Origin: Ranitomeya imitator
Taxonomy: Eukaryota
Direction: 5' to 3'
Length of the DNA stretch: 64,000 nt
Assembly (NCBI RefSeq): GCF_032444005.1
Contig: NC_091282.1
Span: 802,838,001-802,902,000 of the forward strand
The notes below the pieces were generated by a model. The model saw only the letters and a list, made by a program, of their open reading frames with translations, was not told the DNA's origin and searched no databases. Positions 31,953 through 55,518 of the stretch are shown piece after piece (within the stretch, counting starts at the first letter, position 1; each line of letters starts with the position of its first letter). A program made the translations under genes and the position numbers.

Positions 31953-34470
31953 ATGGCCTTTAGATGACTTGTCTCATAAATGGAGCGCACAGCTATTCCC
32001 AATCCTCATCACTCACAAGCACATTCGACTTTCCCCGAGTTTCTCATCTGTGTGTGAAAAATAAGCTGTTTCCTAGATGAGCATTCTGGAGCAAGTAATA
32101 AGAGGTGTGTATATACACATGTTGTTGTGCAGTGTGTCTGTGTGATGACATGGTTATTGTCACACTGGTGTTGGAACTTTGGACGCTAACCAGGTGCACA
32201 CAGACAAAACTCCAAGCAACAATCTCCAAACACCAACTTGAACCACGAACTACACCTCTAACTCCCAAATCAGGCAGTAAGAACTAACACTGGCAATCCC
32301 TAAGTACCAAAGGCCAATTTTTATAGCAGAGGGGAGTGGCCAACAGTGAACAGCTGAGACAATCCAAGTAGGAAAGCTCCAGGAGCTTCAACTGAACAGA
32401 TTAACCCTTGCAATACTAGCAAGTAAAAAAACCTACATTGTCTATTAAGATGGTGGAGAGCTTTTAACAGGTGCAGGAGTACATGAAACCAAACACCGCG
32501 GTCTTCTGGTCCCTCTCTGGCGCAGTATACCCGTGACAATTAAATTTGAATAAGTGTTGATTTTGCTTTCAAGAATAAATGTGAATTGTTGTTCATTGAA
32601 AAACAAAAAATACATACCCAGAATATAAGCCCTAACACAAATTTCAGAGCAAAAAATTATATAAGACCCTGTCTTATATTTAGAAACACACTATTTAGAA
32701 TGGAGACGTACAGTCTGTACAAGCTGCTGTACAGGCTACATTGTAGTATATCTAAAGGAAGACACGTCCATACATACAGCACATTAAGTAACCCTTCAGC
32801 ATGAAATTGGCGGCGTGCAGATATATACAGTAACGTCACCATGGTCGACCATTCAACAGACGCAGGGTAAAAGTGTGTTCTTTCAGCTCCATCTGGCTGG
32901 CATTCACTTATGTAACTGTAGGAAAGCGCAGCAGATTGCATTTTTCTATACAGGAGGAGAATGCAAGATGTATACCATGCAATATTCATCTTTTTACAGT
33001 GGGTCCCGATGGTGGATGGACGCTTCGGGATCCATCCTGACAGTGCATCTTGATAAGCACATACAGGGCTGCCACCAGGAATTTCAGGGCCCCAGACTGG
33101 CAACATTTTCGAGCCTGCTTGAGACTGTCTAGGCTCCACTAGAGCTCCTCCTCCACCCCTCAAACCTTCTATTGTCCCACTGCGCACTCTTGGAACTCAC
33201 CAGTGACATTATACACATGAGCTCTGTCAGTGTACAGGTAATACAGTCAGTGTCAGTGTACAGGTAATACAGTGACCATTAGTGATATTATACACAGGAG
33301 CTCTGTATATACTGTCAATGTACAGATAATACAGTGATCACCGGTGACATACACAGGACCTCTGCATATAGTGTACAGGTAATACAGTGACCACCAGTGA
33401 TATTATACACAGGAGCTCTGTATATAGTGTCAATGTACAGGTAATACAGTGATCACCGGTGACATACACAGGAGCTCTGCATATAGTGTACAGGTAATAC
33501 AGTGACCATTAGTGATATTATGCATCATAGAAATATTAGTTGGCGCACCACAATGATATCAAATAAATATATATTGGGGGTGCAAAACAATGGCTAATAC
33601 GGAGAGCAGATAATAAACAAGAAAAGAAAAGCCACTATAATGTATGCACACCACCAAAAGTTATAAGTCAAACAAGCTTTATTGTTAACATATAAAAACA
33701 ATTAAAACCATACACACAAAACTCCCTCCATATACGTGTGCCCAACACTGCCCAATACACAATACTTCCATATAGCAGTGGGAAACATGCATCAAATATG
33801 GCAGATAATCAAATAGTATACACATGAATAATTACTGGCAAAAGCCGCCCTGTCCTGATCAGCAAAAGATATATCTGTCAATAGCAAAACCCTGTCAGGC
33901 TGCAGCTTACCCACAGCAAATAGTCCTCCTGGTATGTAATGAGTAGGGCACATGCAAATACGGCCAAATAATAACCCCAAATAGGAAGAAAGAGCACTGC
34001 TGTCACCCATCCTGAGCAAAAGGGGGGAACATGCTGCAGCAGCTAGAAGGTGATCTTCACTTGCTGGCTGCCCAGTCCTTGCTATATTGTCTCTATATTT
34101 TGTGAGCCTTCTGTCTGGATCACCTTTATACAGAGCTCCATTGTATAATGTCACTAGTGATCATTGTATTACCTGTACACTGACACTATATACAGAGCTT
34201 CTGTGTATAATGTCACAGGTGATCACTGTATTACCTGTACACTATATGCAGAGCTCCTGTGTATAATGTCACTGGTGGTCACTGTATTACCTGTACACAT
34301 ATATGGAGGGAGTTTTGTGTGTATGGTTTTAATTGCTTTTATATGTTACCAATAAAGCTTGTTTGACTTATTATAACTTTTGGTGGTGTGCATACATTAT
34401 AGTGGCTTTTCTTTTCTTGTTTATTATCTGCATTAGTGATATTATACACAGGAGCTCTGTATATAGTGTC

Positions 34471-34745
34471 AATAAATAATAATAAATAATAATCTTTATT
34501 TTTATATAGCGCTAACATATTCCGCAGCGCTTTACAGTTTTGCACACATTATCATCGCTGTCCCCGATGGGGCTCACAATCTAGAATCCCTATCAGTATG
34601 TCTTTGGAATGTGGGAGGAAACCGGAGTGCCCGGAAGAAACCCACGCAAACACGGAGAGAACATACAAACTCTTTGCAGATGTTGTCCTGGGTGGGATTA
34701 GAACCCAGGACCCCAGCGCTGCAAGGCTGCAGTGCTAACCACTGG
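34471..34745 (-). mobile_element. tRNA-derived SINE (V-SINE-like core) with L2-type 3' tail
   Basis: Minus strand: CAGTGGTTAGCAC (box A region), GGGTTCTAATCCC (box B), core GCGTGGGTTTCTTCCGGGCACTCCGGTTTCCTCCCACATTCCAAAGACAT, then the L2 tail and (ATT)n. Confidence 0.85.
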
Positions 34746-34902
34746 TGCAGTGTACAGTGCGCAGTCAATGTACAGGTATATAGTACATAGTGTATAGTAC
34801 ACTATGCATATAGTGATATTATACACGGGAGCTCTGTATATAGTGTCAGTGTACAGGTAATACAGTGATCACCAGTGACATTATACACAGGAGCGCTGTA
34901 TA

Positions 34903-35431
34903 CAGCTCTCGCAAAAATGTCACAAAATGCAAAATGTCCAGTTTGTCTGATTTTTCTCTTTATAGGTATATTTGAGTAAAATCTAAATTGTTCTTTTATT
35001 CTATAAACTTCTGACATGTCTCCGAATTTCCAAGCAATAAATTTTTTATTTTTTCTGAAAAAGAAAAAATGGTCAAAATAAAACAAACAAAAAACAGTGC
35101 TTTCAGACCTCAAATAATGCAAAGGCAAGCTCAAAATCATTTAGAAACAACAATACTAATGTTTTAACTCAAGAAGAATTTAGATATCAATATTATGTGG
35201 AATAACCATGTTTTTTAATCACAGCTTTCATGTGTCTTGGCATGCTTTCCACCAGTCTTTCACACTGCTCCTGGAGCAAAAATCTAAGCAGTTCTTCTTT
35301 GTTTCATGGCTTGTGACTATCCATCATCCTCTTGATTACATTCTAGAGGTTTTCAATGGGGTTCAGGTCTGGAGATTGGACTGCCCATGACAGGTTTTGA
35401 TGTGGTGGTCTCTTAATTTTTGCCAGAGCTG
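34903..35431. mobile_element. Tc1-derived non-autonomous element
   Basis: TA|CAGCTCTCGCAAAAAT ... ATTTTTGCCAGAGCTG ends; internal sequence resembles Tc1 subterminal regions. Confidence 0.6.
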
Positions 35432-35461
35432 TGTAGTGTGTGTACAGGTAATAGTAATTGC

Positions 35462-36338
35462 TAGTGTTGAGCATTCCGATACCGCAAGTATCGGCCGATA
35501 CTTGCGGTATCGGAATTCCGATACCGAGATCCGATATTTTTGTGATATCGGGTATCAGTATCGAATCAATAGGGATGTGTAAAATAAAGAATTAAAATAA
35601 AAAATATTGATATGCTCACCTCTCCGGCAGCCCCTGGACTTCACACTGCTAACCGGGAGGCTTCTTTGTTTAAAAAGCGCGCCTTTCAGACCTGTGAATG
35701 ACGTCCCGGCTTCTGATTGGTCGCGTGCCGCCCATGTGACCGGCCCGCGACCAATCAGAGGCCGCGACGTCATTCGCAGGTCCTCAATTCCTAGAATTAG
35801 CAGTTTTGTGAATGAGAATGACGTCGCGGCTTCTGATTGGCCGCGTGCCGGTCACATGGGCGGCACGCGGCCAATCAGAAGCCGCGACGTCATTCTCATT
35901 CACAAAACTGCTAATTCTAGGAATTGAGGACCTGCGAATGACGTCGCGGCCTCTGATTGGTCGCGTGCCGGTCACATGGGCGGCACGCGACCAATCAGAA
36001 GCCGGGACGTCATTCACAGGTCTGAAAGGCGCGCTTTTTAAACAAAGAAGCCTCCCGGTTAGCAGCGTGAAGTCCAGGGGCCGCCGGAGAGGTGAGCATA
36101 TCAATATTTTTTATTTTAATTCTTTATTTTACACATCCCTATGGATCCCAGGGCCTGAAGGAGAGTTTCCTCTCCTTCAGACCCTGGGAACCATGAGAAT
36201 ACCTTCCGATACTTGATGTCCCATTGACTTGTATTGGTATCAGATATCGGTATCGGCGATATCCGATATTTTTCGGGTATCGGCCGATACTATCCGATAC
36301 CGATACTTTCAAGTATCGGACGGTATCGCTCAACACTA
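35462..36338. mobile_element. hAT-type fold-back MITE
   Basis: TAGTGTTGAGC ... GCTCAACACTA termini, 8-bp flanks GTAATTGC/GTAATCAC; interior about 35590-36125 is one long inverted repeat (mirror-image ORFs 35607-35927 and 35784-36104). Confidence 0.8.
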
Positions 36339-36677
36339 GTAATCACCAGTGACATTATACACAGGAGCTCTGCATATAGTGTACAGGTAATACAGTGATC
36401 ACCTGTGACATTATACATGAGCTCTGTATATAGTGTCATTGTACAGGTAATACAGAGATCACCAGTGACATACACAGGAACTCTGTATATAGTGTCCATG
36501 TACAGGTTATACAGGGATCACCGGTGACATACGTAGCTCTGTATATAGTGTTAGTGTACAGGTAATACAGCAATCACCAGTGACATCATACACGGGAGCT
36601 CTGTATATCCTGTACAGGTAATATAGTGATCACCAGTGACATACACAGGAACTCTGTATATAGTGTCAGTGTACAGG

Positions 36678-37400
36678 TGTTATGCCAGAGATGGTGGTGG
36701 ACAAGACTGGACCCACTGGACCGTGATACCGAACCTCCTCCAAGTGAGCGATCCAGTATAGACAACCCCTATACAGGGATAGTTAGGAAGCAAACTTGGA
36801 GGCCTCAAGTACCACGGATGCCAGGACCAGGGATCGGCTCAGGAGAGGAGGGAATGAGGACAGGACAGGGGAACTGGATAGGGAGCGGAGAGGAGGACGT
36901 ATAGGAGAGGAGAGCAGGGCTGAGGAGAACAGAGAAACCAGAAGGTTAACAGAGGCAAAGGAAGCATATGAAACAAGGAGCTAGGCAAGCTGATTAGAGA
37001 CTGAGATCAGATGTGAAACAGGCAGCAGGACGAGCCTGGAATGACTAGCAGAACCAGAGCAGAAGCTCAGAGTAAAACTCAACAGTCAGGCACCTCCACA
37101 AGGAGAGGACAGCCTGAAATACAAGATGCCAAGCCCCCATTGGCTAACCAACACTACCGGGTCAGGTCACAGCCCAGGATAAGGAGGAGTGTGCGCACGC
37201 CCGATCTCTAAGGAGAGGACGGGAGGACAGGGCGCGTGACAGGTTGCAGAGGGGAGGTGCGCCGACGCGCCCGAAGAGACACGCGCCGGGAACCAGACCA
37301 GGAAGAGGCAGGAGCGACAACTGCGGAGAAGGAAGAAGCAGCTAGTGCGGCGTCGGCAGAGACAGACCCGGGACCGGCGGAGGCAAGTATAATGGTAACA
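36678..37400. mobile_element. Solo LTR (gypsy-like or unclassified)
   Basis: TGTTA ... TAACA termini, 723 bp, 5-bp flanks ACAGG/ACGGG duplicating the host minisatellite sequence. Confidence 0.7.
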
Positions 37401-37689
37401 ACGGGTAATACAGTGATCGCCAGTGACATTATACACAGGAGCTCTGTATATAGTATAGTGTACAGGTAATATAGAGATCACCAGTGACATGCACAGGAGC
37501 TCTGTATATAGTGTATAGGTAACATACAAGGATCACCAGTGATATTGTACACAGGAACTCTGTATATAGTGTCCATGTACAGGTAATACAGGGATCACCA
37601 GTGACATACGTAGCTCTGTATATAGCGTCAGTGTACAGGTAATACAGCGATCAGCAGTGACATTATACACAGGAGCTCTGTATATAGTG

Positions 37690-38330
37690 TTCATCCTGGC
37701 CCCATATGTTCTCCCATCTTGGTCCCATGTATCCATTCTAGCTCCATACATTCTCCCATCCTGGTGCCATGTGTCTCCATCCTGCCCTCAGGCCCCATAT
37801 GATGTCCCATCCTGCCCCCATATTGGCCCCATGTGTCTCCATCCTGGCCCCATATGATGTCCCATACTGACCCTGTGTGTCTCCATCCTGCGTCCAAGAT
37901 CAATATGATGTCCTTCCATCCTGTCCCCAGGTCCCGTATAATGTCCCATCCTGGGCCCATATTTCTCCATCTTATACCCAGACTCCACATGCTGTCTGAT
38001 CCTGGCCCAATATGTCTCCATTTTGCCACCAGGACCCAAACGATTTCCCATCCTGGCCTCATACAAAAAAAAAAAAAAAATAGAAAAAATTTCCTTACCT
38101 GGCCTGATGTGTCACCATTCTGCCCCCAGGCCCCACATGATGTCCCATGTGTCTCCATTCTGCTCTCATATGTTCTCTCATTTTGGTCCCATGTGTCTCC
38201 ATTCTAGCTCCTTACATTCCCCATCCTGCCCCAGGCCCCATATGATGTCCATCCTGGCCCTATGTGATGTCCTATCTTGCTCCCAGGCCCCATACGATTC
38301 CCCATTCTGGCCACATACAAAAAATAAAAA
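37690..38330. repeat. Degenerate short-unit tandem repeat (CCCATCCTGGCCCCATATGATGT-like)
   Basis: Many imperfect copies; explains the low-complexity ORFs at 37657-38405. Confidence 0.65.
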
Positions 38331-38872
38331 ATTCTTATCTGGCTGCAGTCCAGCGGCGTCCTCTTCCTCATCCGTTTGAGGCGTGACTGTCAGCAGTGAC
38401 GTCATATGCCGAAGACCTGCATACCGACATCAGCTGCCGGCCTCAGATTTCTGCGGGCTTCCTGCACAGCAATAGATTTTAACTGAACATGCACATGAAA
38501 CAGTCCCTTTCCCTATCACTAAGCCCTCCCCTTGTGTGCTAGTCCCAGCACTTGACTACTTCTGTCCCTACAGTCTGTTGCTGGGCAGGCTTACCCTTTC
38601 ACCTACATTCTATGCAAACACTACTTTATGTCCTTACCTATACTAAAACGAAATGCTGCAGACATTGCTCCATAGTGGCTGGAAGTTGACGCTGCATTAT
38701 CAGCTCCTTCACCATCAAGGTCTTTTTACGGTCCCGATGAACCCCAGTAAAAAACGGGTGGTGGAGGAATTTGTCGGAACAGGACATTGAGTACTGCCTA
38801 TGAAAACTGCACATTAAGATAAGTGTAAAGCTATTGAACCCAATTTTACTGGTATATTTTTGTGCTATGTTA

Positions 38873-39275
38873 GGCTACTTTCACACTAGCGTCGGAATCT
38901 CCCCGTCGCAATGCGTCGGGCAGAGATTCCGACGCTAGCGTTTGACGCACTGCACAACGGGTGCAGCGGATGCATTTCTCCGGCGCATCCGCTGCCCCAT
39001 TGTGGGGAGGTGGGGGCGGAGTTCCGGCCGCGCATGCGCGGTCAGAAAAAGCGGTCCGTCAGGAGCAAAAAACGTTACAGGTTACGTTTTTTGCTCCCGG
39101 CGGTCCGCCACAACACGGCGCAACCGTCGCACGACGGTTGCGACGTGTGGCAGAGCGTCGCTAATGTTAATCTATGGGGCAAAAAGGCATCCTGCAAACA
39201 ACTTTGCAGGATGCGTTTTTTGCCATAAACGACGCATTGCGACGTCTGGCAAAAAACGCCAGTGTGAAAGTAGCC
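38873..39275. mobile_element. Harbinger-type MITE
   Basis: TTA|GGCTACTTTCACACT ... AGTGTGAAAGTAGCC|TTA, exact 15-bp TIR and TTA duplication. Confidence 0.85.
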
Positions 39276-39746
39276 TTAAAGGGACCCGGTCACCAGAAAT
39301 AATGCTAACCTCAGGTATGTGGTTAATCTGCAGGTTAACAGTTATTATGCTACCCGCTGCCTGCACGCAGAGGGGAAAAAAATTAACCTTATTCTCCCCA
39401 TCATTTGGTTTTAGTCACCAGGAATTTTACATACTGCATAGAATATTGTGAGGGGTAAAAAAATATTGAAAACGTCACTTCTTCAAAATGACTCCTGTAC
39501 ACCAGCATTTATCTGTTTATATCTTTTTCACCCACTAGCTCAGGGACATCTGAAAATTACGAGCCTGGAATTGGGAAAACTGGTACCCCCACCCCTCCCC
39601 CCCCAAAAAAAAAGTGGATACGAGTCATATAATGGCCAGAAATAGTGTGATTCCTCTTTACTTGAAGTCCTGGGTCTCCACTGTCGTCGAGCATCAACCT
39701 TCTTTTCCGTAAGTTAAGACGCACACCATTTACCATTTTCAAAATG

Positions 39747-39752
39747 TTTATT
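39747..39752 (-). terminator. Candidate distal GMFB polyadenylation signal
   Basis: AATAAA on minus about 3.3 kb past the GMFB stop; a long 3' UTR is plausible but unproven. Confidence 0.35.
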
Positions 39753-41564
39753 TAACCAAGAGAAATGAACGCACAAAACGCTGGCACTGGTAAAACACAG
39801 AGGCGGAAGATTCTAGAACCGTCGACAGGCAGCAGCTGAGAATCCATAGTAAACAGCAACGTGTCTCATCGTATACAAAAGGCAAAAGACAGTCACACAG
39901 TAAAATGCGTTATCCAAAAGGCAGGAAATGAAACCGTGTCTGATGTGCTTCATATACAGAGGCGACCGGCAGGTTCCAGCCGCGAGCAAGTCTAACGCTC
40001 AGTGCTGGGAGCCTGGTGCCCATGGGGCCGAGAGGTCTATGGATATGTGGCCCCGACTCTTTACCGAGCTACAGTAGTTGGTGCCGATCTCTGGGGCCAC
40101 ATTTAGTAACTGATGTTCTTGTAATGTGCAGAGGTCCAGATGTGAGGTGGGGGCCCCAATAATGAACCTCGGAGCCTGGTATTAAGAGGTTAACTGACCC
40201 ACAGTATTTATCACCTATCCAGATGGTAACTGGTGATTGATGCACATCTGATCTCTGGGACCCCCACGGACCATGAGAATGGCCAGGCCTCTGCCCCCGT
40301 GAGTGGAATACGTACATGTGACCACTGCCAATGAGGAAGGTGGTCTTGTATGAATACTTTAACATAGGAGATACAGCAACCCCCCCGGTTTTGGAATCAT
40401 AGGGGGGTCCCAGCTGCTAGACCCCTTCGTGATCATAGATGTCATTTTGTGGTTTAACTCTTTTAATGAGAGAAAACCTGTCTGCTCTACATACTTGCAT
40501 TTCCCATGAGCTTTTCTTCTTAGATCTCTCCCTTGTGCTGTTCCTCTAACTATTCATGGAAATGTAGGATCCGCTGGATGTCCCTTGTAAATAAGGCACG
40601 TGTCTTCCAACTCTGACATGGTCACCTATGATTGGATAATGTGAGTAAATTAGTGCACCCGTTAACAAGGGAAGTGGCAATGCTGAGCGGGCAAGTTATC
40701 CATCAAATTTCCAGGAGGAATAACAAAAGGAATAACCACAGAGTTGTAAGAAAAGGTGCTGCAGATGACTGTAGGTATTATTGATAGGATATGCATGCGG
40801 GAACAATCAGAGCGTCTAGGTACAGATGAATCATTTAGCAATTTGTAGAGATCTTTCACTGCCCGGAATAAGCGCGGGTTGTAAACCTTGTTCGCGCCAA
40901 ACCCTCGTCTCCGGCACAAACGCGACACGGAGTTAATAGAAAGCCATATATGAAGAGCGCACATTATACCAGCCGGTGTCACAGCATGGGACACATGCAA
41001 GGCTGCTCAGAAGCAAATCCATCACGGGCTCACAGGAACCATGCAGGAATGTAAAAAAAACTAAAATATATAACAGATTGCAAGGAATACGACAGGCGTG
41101 ACCCAAAAAGACGGCATGATTTCATGGGCTAAGAATGTATTCACCCCAGAAATCACACGCGGACAGCCCCACTCTGGGACGGGCCCCCCTCTGGGACGTG
41201 CTGCCCCGGATTTCCGGGGTCCCTGAAAATGCAGGAATGTTTGAAGTGCTGGAGCCATCACTGGTCCCTGTGGCACCATATGAAGGGGCAGGGCGGCATC
41301 CTGACGGTGCCCATTTGTGAGCGCACGTTTAGCCTCATCATGCAATGCCCTTGTGTCACTTATGCCAGTCAATCAGAAAAACTTGCTCCCGAGAAAAAAA
41401 AAAAAAAAAAAACAAAAAAAAAAACCAACAACATAAAATGAGCAAATAACTGGTATTCGGTTCATATTGGGGGGTCCGGCCCTGCTTGGACCACCTGAGA
41501 ATGAAGTATCCCACAGCCACCAGCAAGGTCTGTCCACATATTTACAGTTTTTAGGGACAGAAGC

Positions 41565-41799
41565 TAGTGATAAGCGGCAGTGCTTGTTCGAGTGTGCCCA
41601 GGGTGCGCAGGTATGTACCGTATATTGCGGGTATTTGGGTGACATTCAGGGATTGTCAGACGTATGTTTTGTGGCTGTCTAACAGCCGTGAAATATGCAG
41701 GGTGGGAACTCAAACACGTCACTCCAGCACCCGTCATACTCGGCACGGACCCGAGCACCCGATGCAAACTCGAGGAACAAGTACTGGCGCTCATCACTA
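41565..41799. mobile_element. hAT-type MITE
   Basis: TAGTGATAAGCG ... CGCTCATCACTA termini; no clean duplication. Confidence 0.6.
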
Positions 41800-43052
41800 G
41801 CAAAAACGCTAACAGATGTTACCATATCAAGCCCATTACCAGCTACTATTAGGGCTCAGGGGTTGTCACCCAGCTTTATTATAGTCCTTAAGGGCACATT
41901 TGACTAATCAAAGATTAAGTAACAACTGGTGGCACTTGCTCCACTCCATTCAGCCTCCAAGGGTCTGATGGAGACCGTCCATTACAAAGACTCTGAACCA
42001 AGCGTGTGCGGCCACAAATGGGGAACATGAGACCCCAGGTCTTGAAACTAACAGGGGCATTAGAGGTCAGACTCAACCGATCTAGAAGTTAGCACTGACT
42101 TACAATTGAGAGCATAGCACCCATGTACTGAGAGGTTAGAGCGGGGTTCCTTATATAGGATGATGCTATTAAAAATAATACAATTTACCAATATACTATC
42201 TGCATTAATCCTCCATAGCATTTAAGATCTCTGCTTGCCTAAAGGCTGGAGCTACATAGGGACTTTGGCCACGACAATAGATCGCTATATGCCCCTGTTA
42301 CATCGCATGTGAATGGGTTCGCATTATGACCCCTATGGTACAAGCTTAAAAAACAAAACAAAAAAAAAAAAAAAACTGGGTTCCAGTTTTTCATCACTGT
42401 ACGCTAGGAGGTGACAACGCCACCCCATTCACTTGCATTAATATCTTTGCAAGGTCGTTGCAGTGTAGTCCCGCTCATGTGATGGATGTAGGTACATGGC
42501 TCATTACAGTCCAGATATCGAGCCATGCTCCTCTATGCACCAACGAATCTTCCTACTGACAACAAGCAGAGATCCTGGAAACCCTGCTGAATAGATACGG
42601 AACGTATATTGCTAAAAATGGTAGCACGTTTCATTAGTCAAAGACACGTAATTGCTGAAAACATAATATACAACGGCCTTAGGCCAAAGTACATGTACAG
42701 TATACATATCTCTCATGTGTGCCAGGTACATAACCAAGCGGGGTTATAATAAAGCCTCATCAGAGGTAGATCTGGTTAGTAAATCCAGAATAAATGCTGG
42801 TCATCCAGTGTGGTCAGGATCAGATATTCCAGTACACGTGTCTCCCACCGCACACGGCTCAAGGCAGTGAAAGAGTTAAGCCGATTAATGTTGCTCGATA
42901 TTACTAAATATATAATGTGAAAAAAAAAAAATGATGAAAAAAAAAAACCTGCACATCGCTGCAGCACAGACACTTGGAGAGTGGGCGGACGCAAGATATG
43001 CGGAGTATCGAGGGAATATACTCCAGGCGAAATTCACATAGAAAAATACAGA

Positions 43053-55012
<11,960 letters not shown>

Positions 55013-55518
55013 CTCCGCGCCCCGGCTGACAACACTACGCGGTAATAGCTCCGGCACCGTCTGGCTTACTGAACCGCCACCCGGTGTATAAAGGGGGAGG
55101 GGTAAAATAAGCCAAACGTCACGTGTCTTTGGAACAGCCCAATCAGAAAGCTAATCTTCCAACAATGGGCGTGTCCTGCGACAGAACCAAAGCGAGCTGT
55201 CATCTCTGCAGAGGACACGCTCGTCCGCTATTGTCTCCGTTCTCCGATCTCGTGCTCGTTGTATCAGAGTCTCCCAGCGTTTACAGCGTCCTCTGTTCTA
55301 TAATTTATGCAGAGCGAATAAGTCCGGAGCCCAAAACAAAAATGGCCGATGACGATCATGGCATTAGGTCATGTGATGCGTGACCTCACCAAAGTTGACC
55401 AATGAGCAATGCAGGAAGGATGACAGCTAGTGCCTACGGCACGTCAGATAGGAAAAAATAGTTCGAAAAGCGTTTTGTTTTTCTATCGTGGATTGAGCCA
55501 GGCTGATCGACAGCTGCG
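55013..55518. promoter_or_regulatory. Compact bidirectional promoter and 5' UTRs of GMFB and CGRRF1
   Basis: Divergent ATGs at 55012(-) and 55519(+); CpG-rich; ACGTCACGTG (about 55116-55125), CCAAT boxes near 55139 and 55399, YY1-like AAAATGGCCG near 55340. Confidence 0.75.

Larger units (their letters stand above)
33200..37690. repeat. 62-bp minisatellite array interrupted by several insertions
   Basis: Unit CCAGTGACATTATACACAGGAGCTCTGTATATAGTGTCAGTGTACAGGTAATACAGTGATCA in blocks at about 33200-33525, 34125-34295 (reversed), 34432-34470, 34745-34900, 36339-36677 and 37401-37690. Confidence 0.85.
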
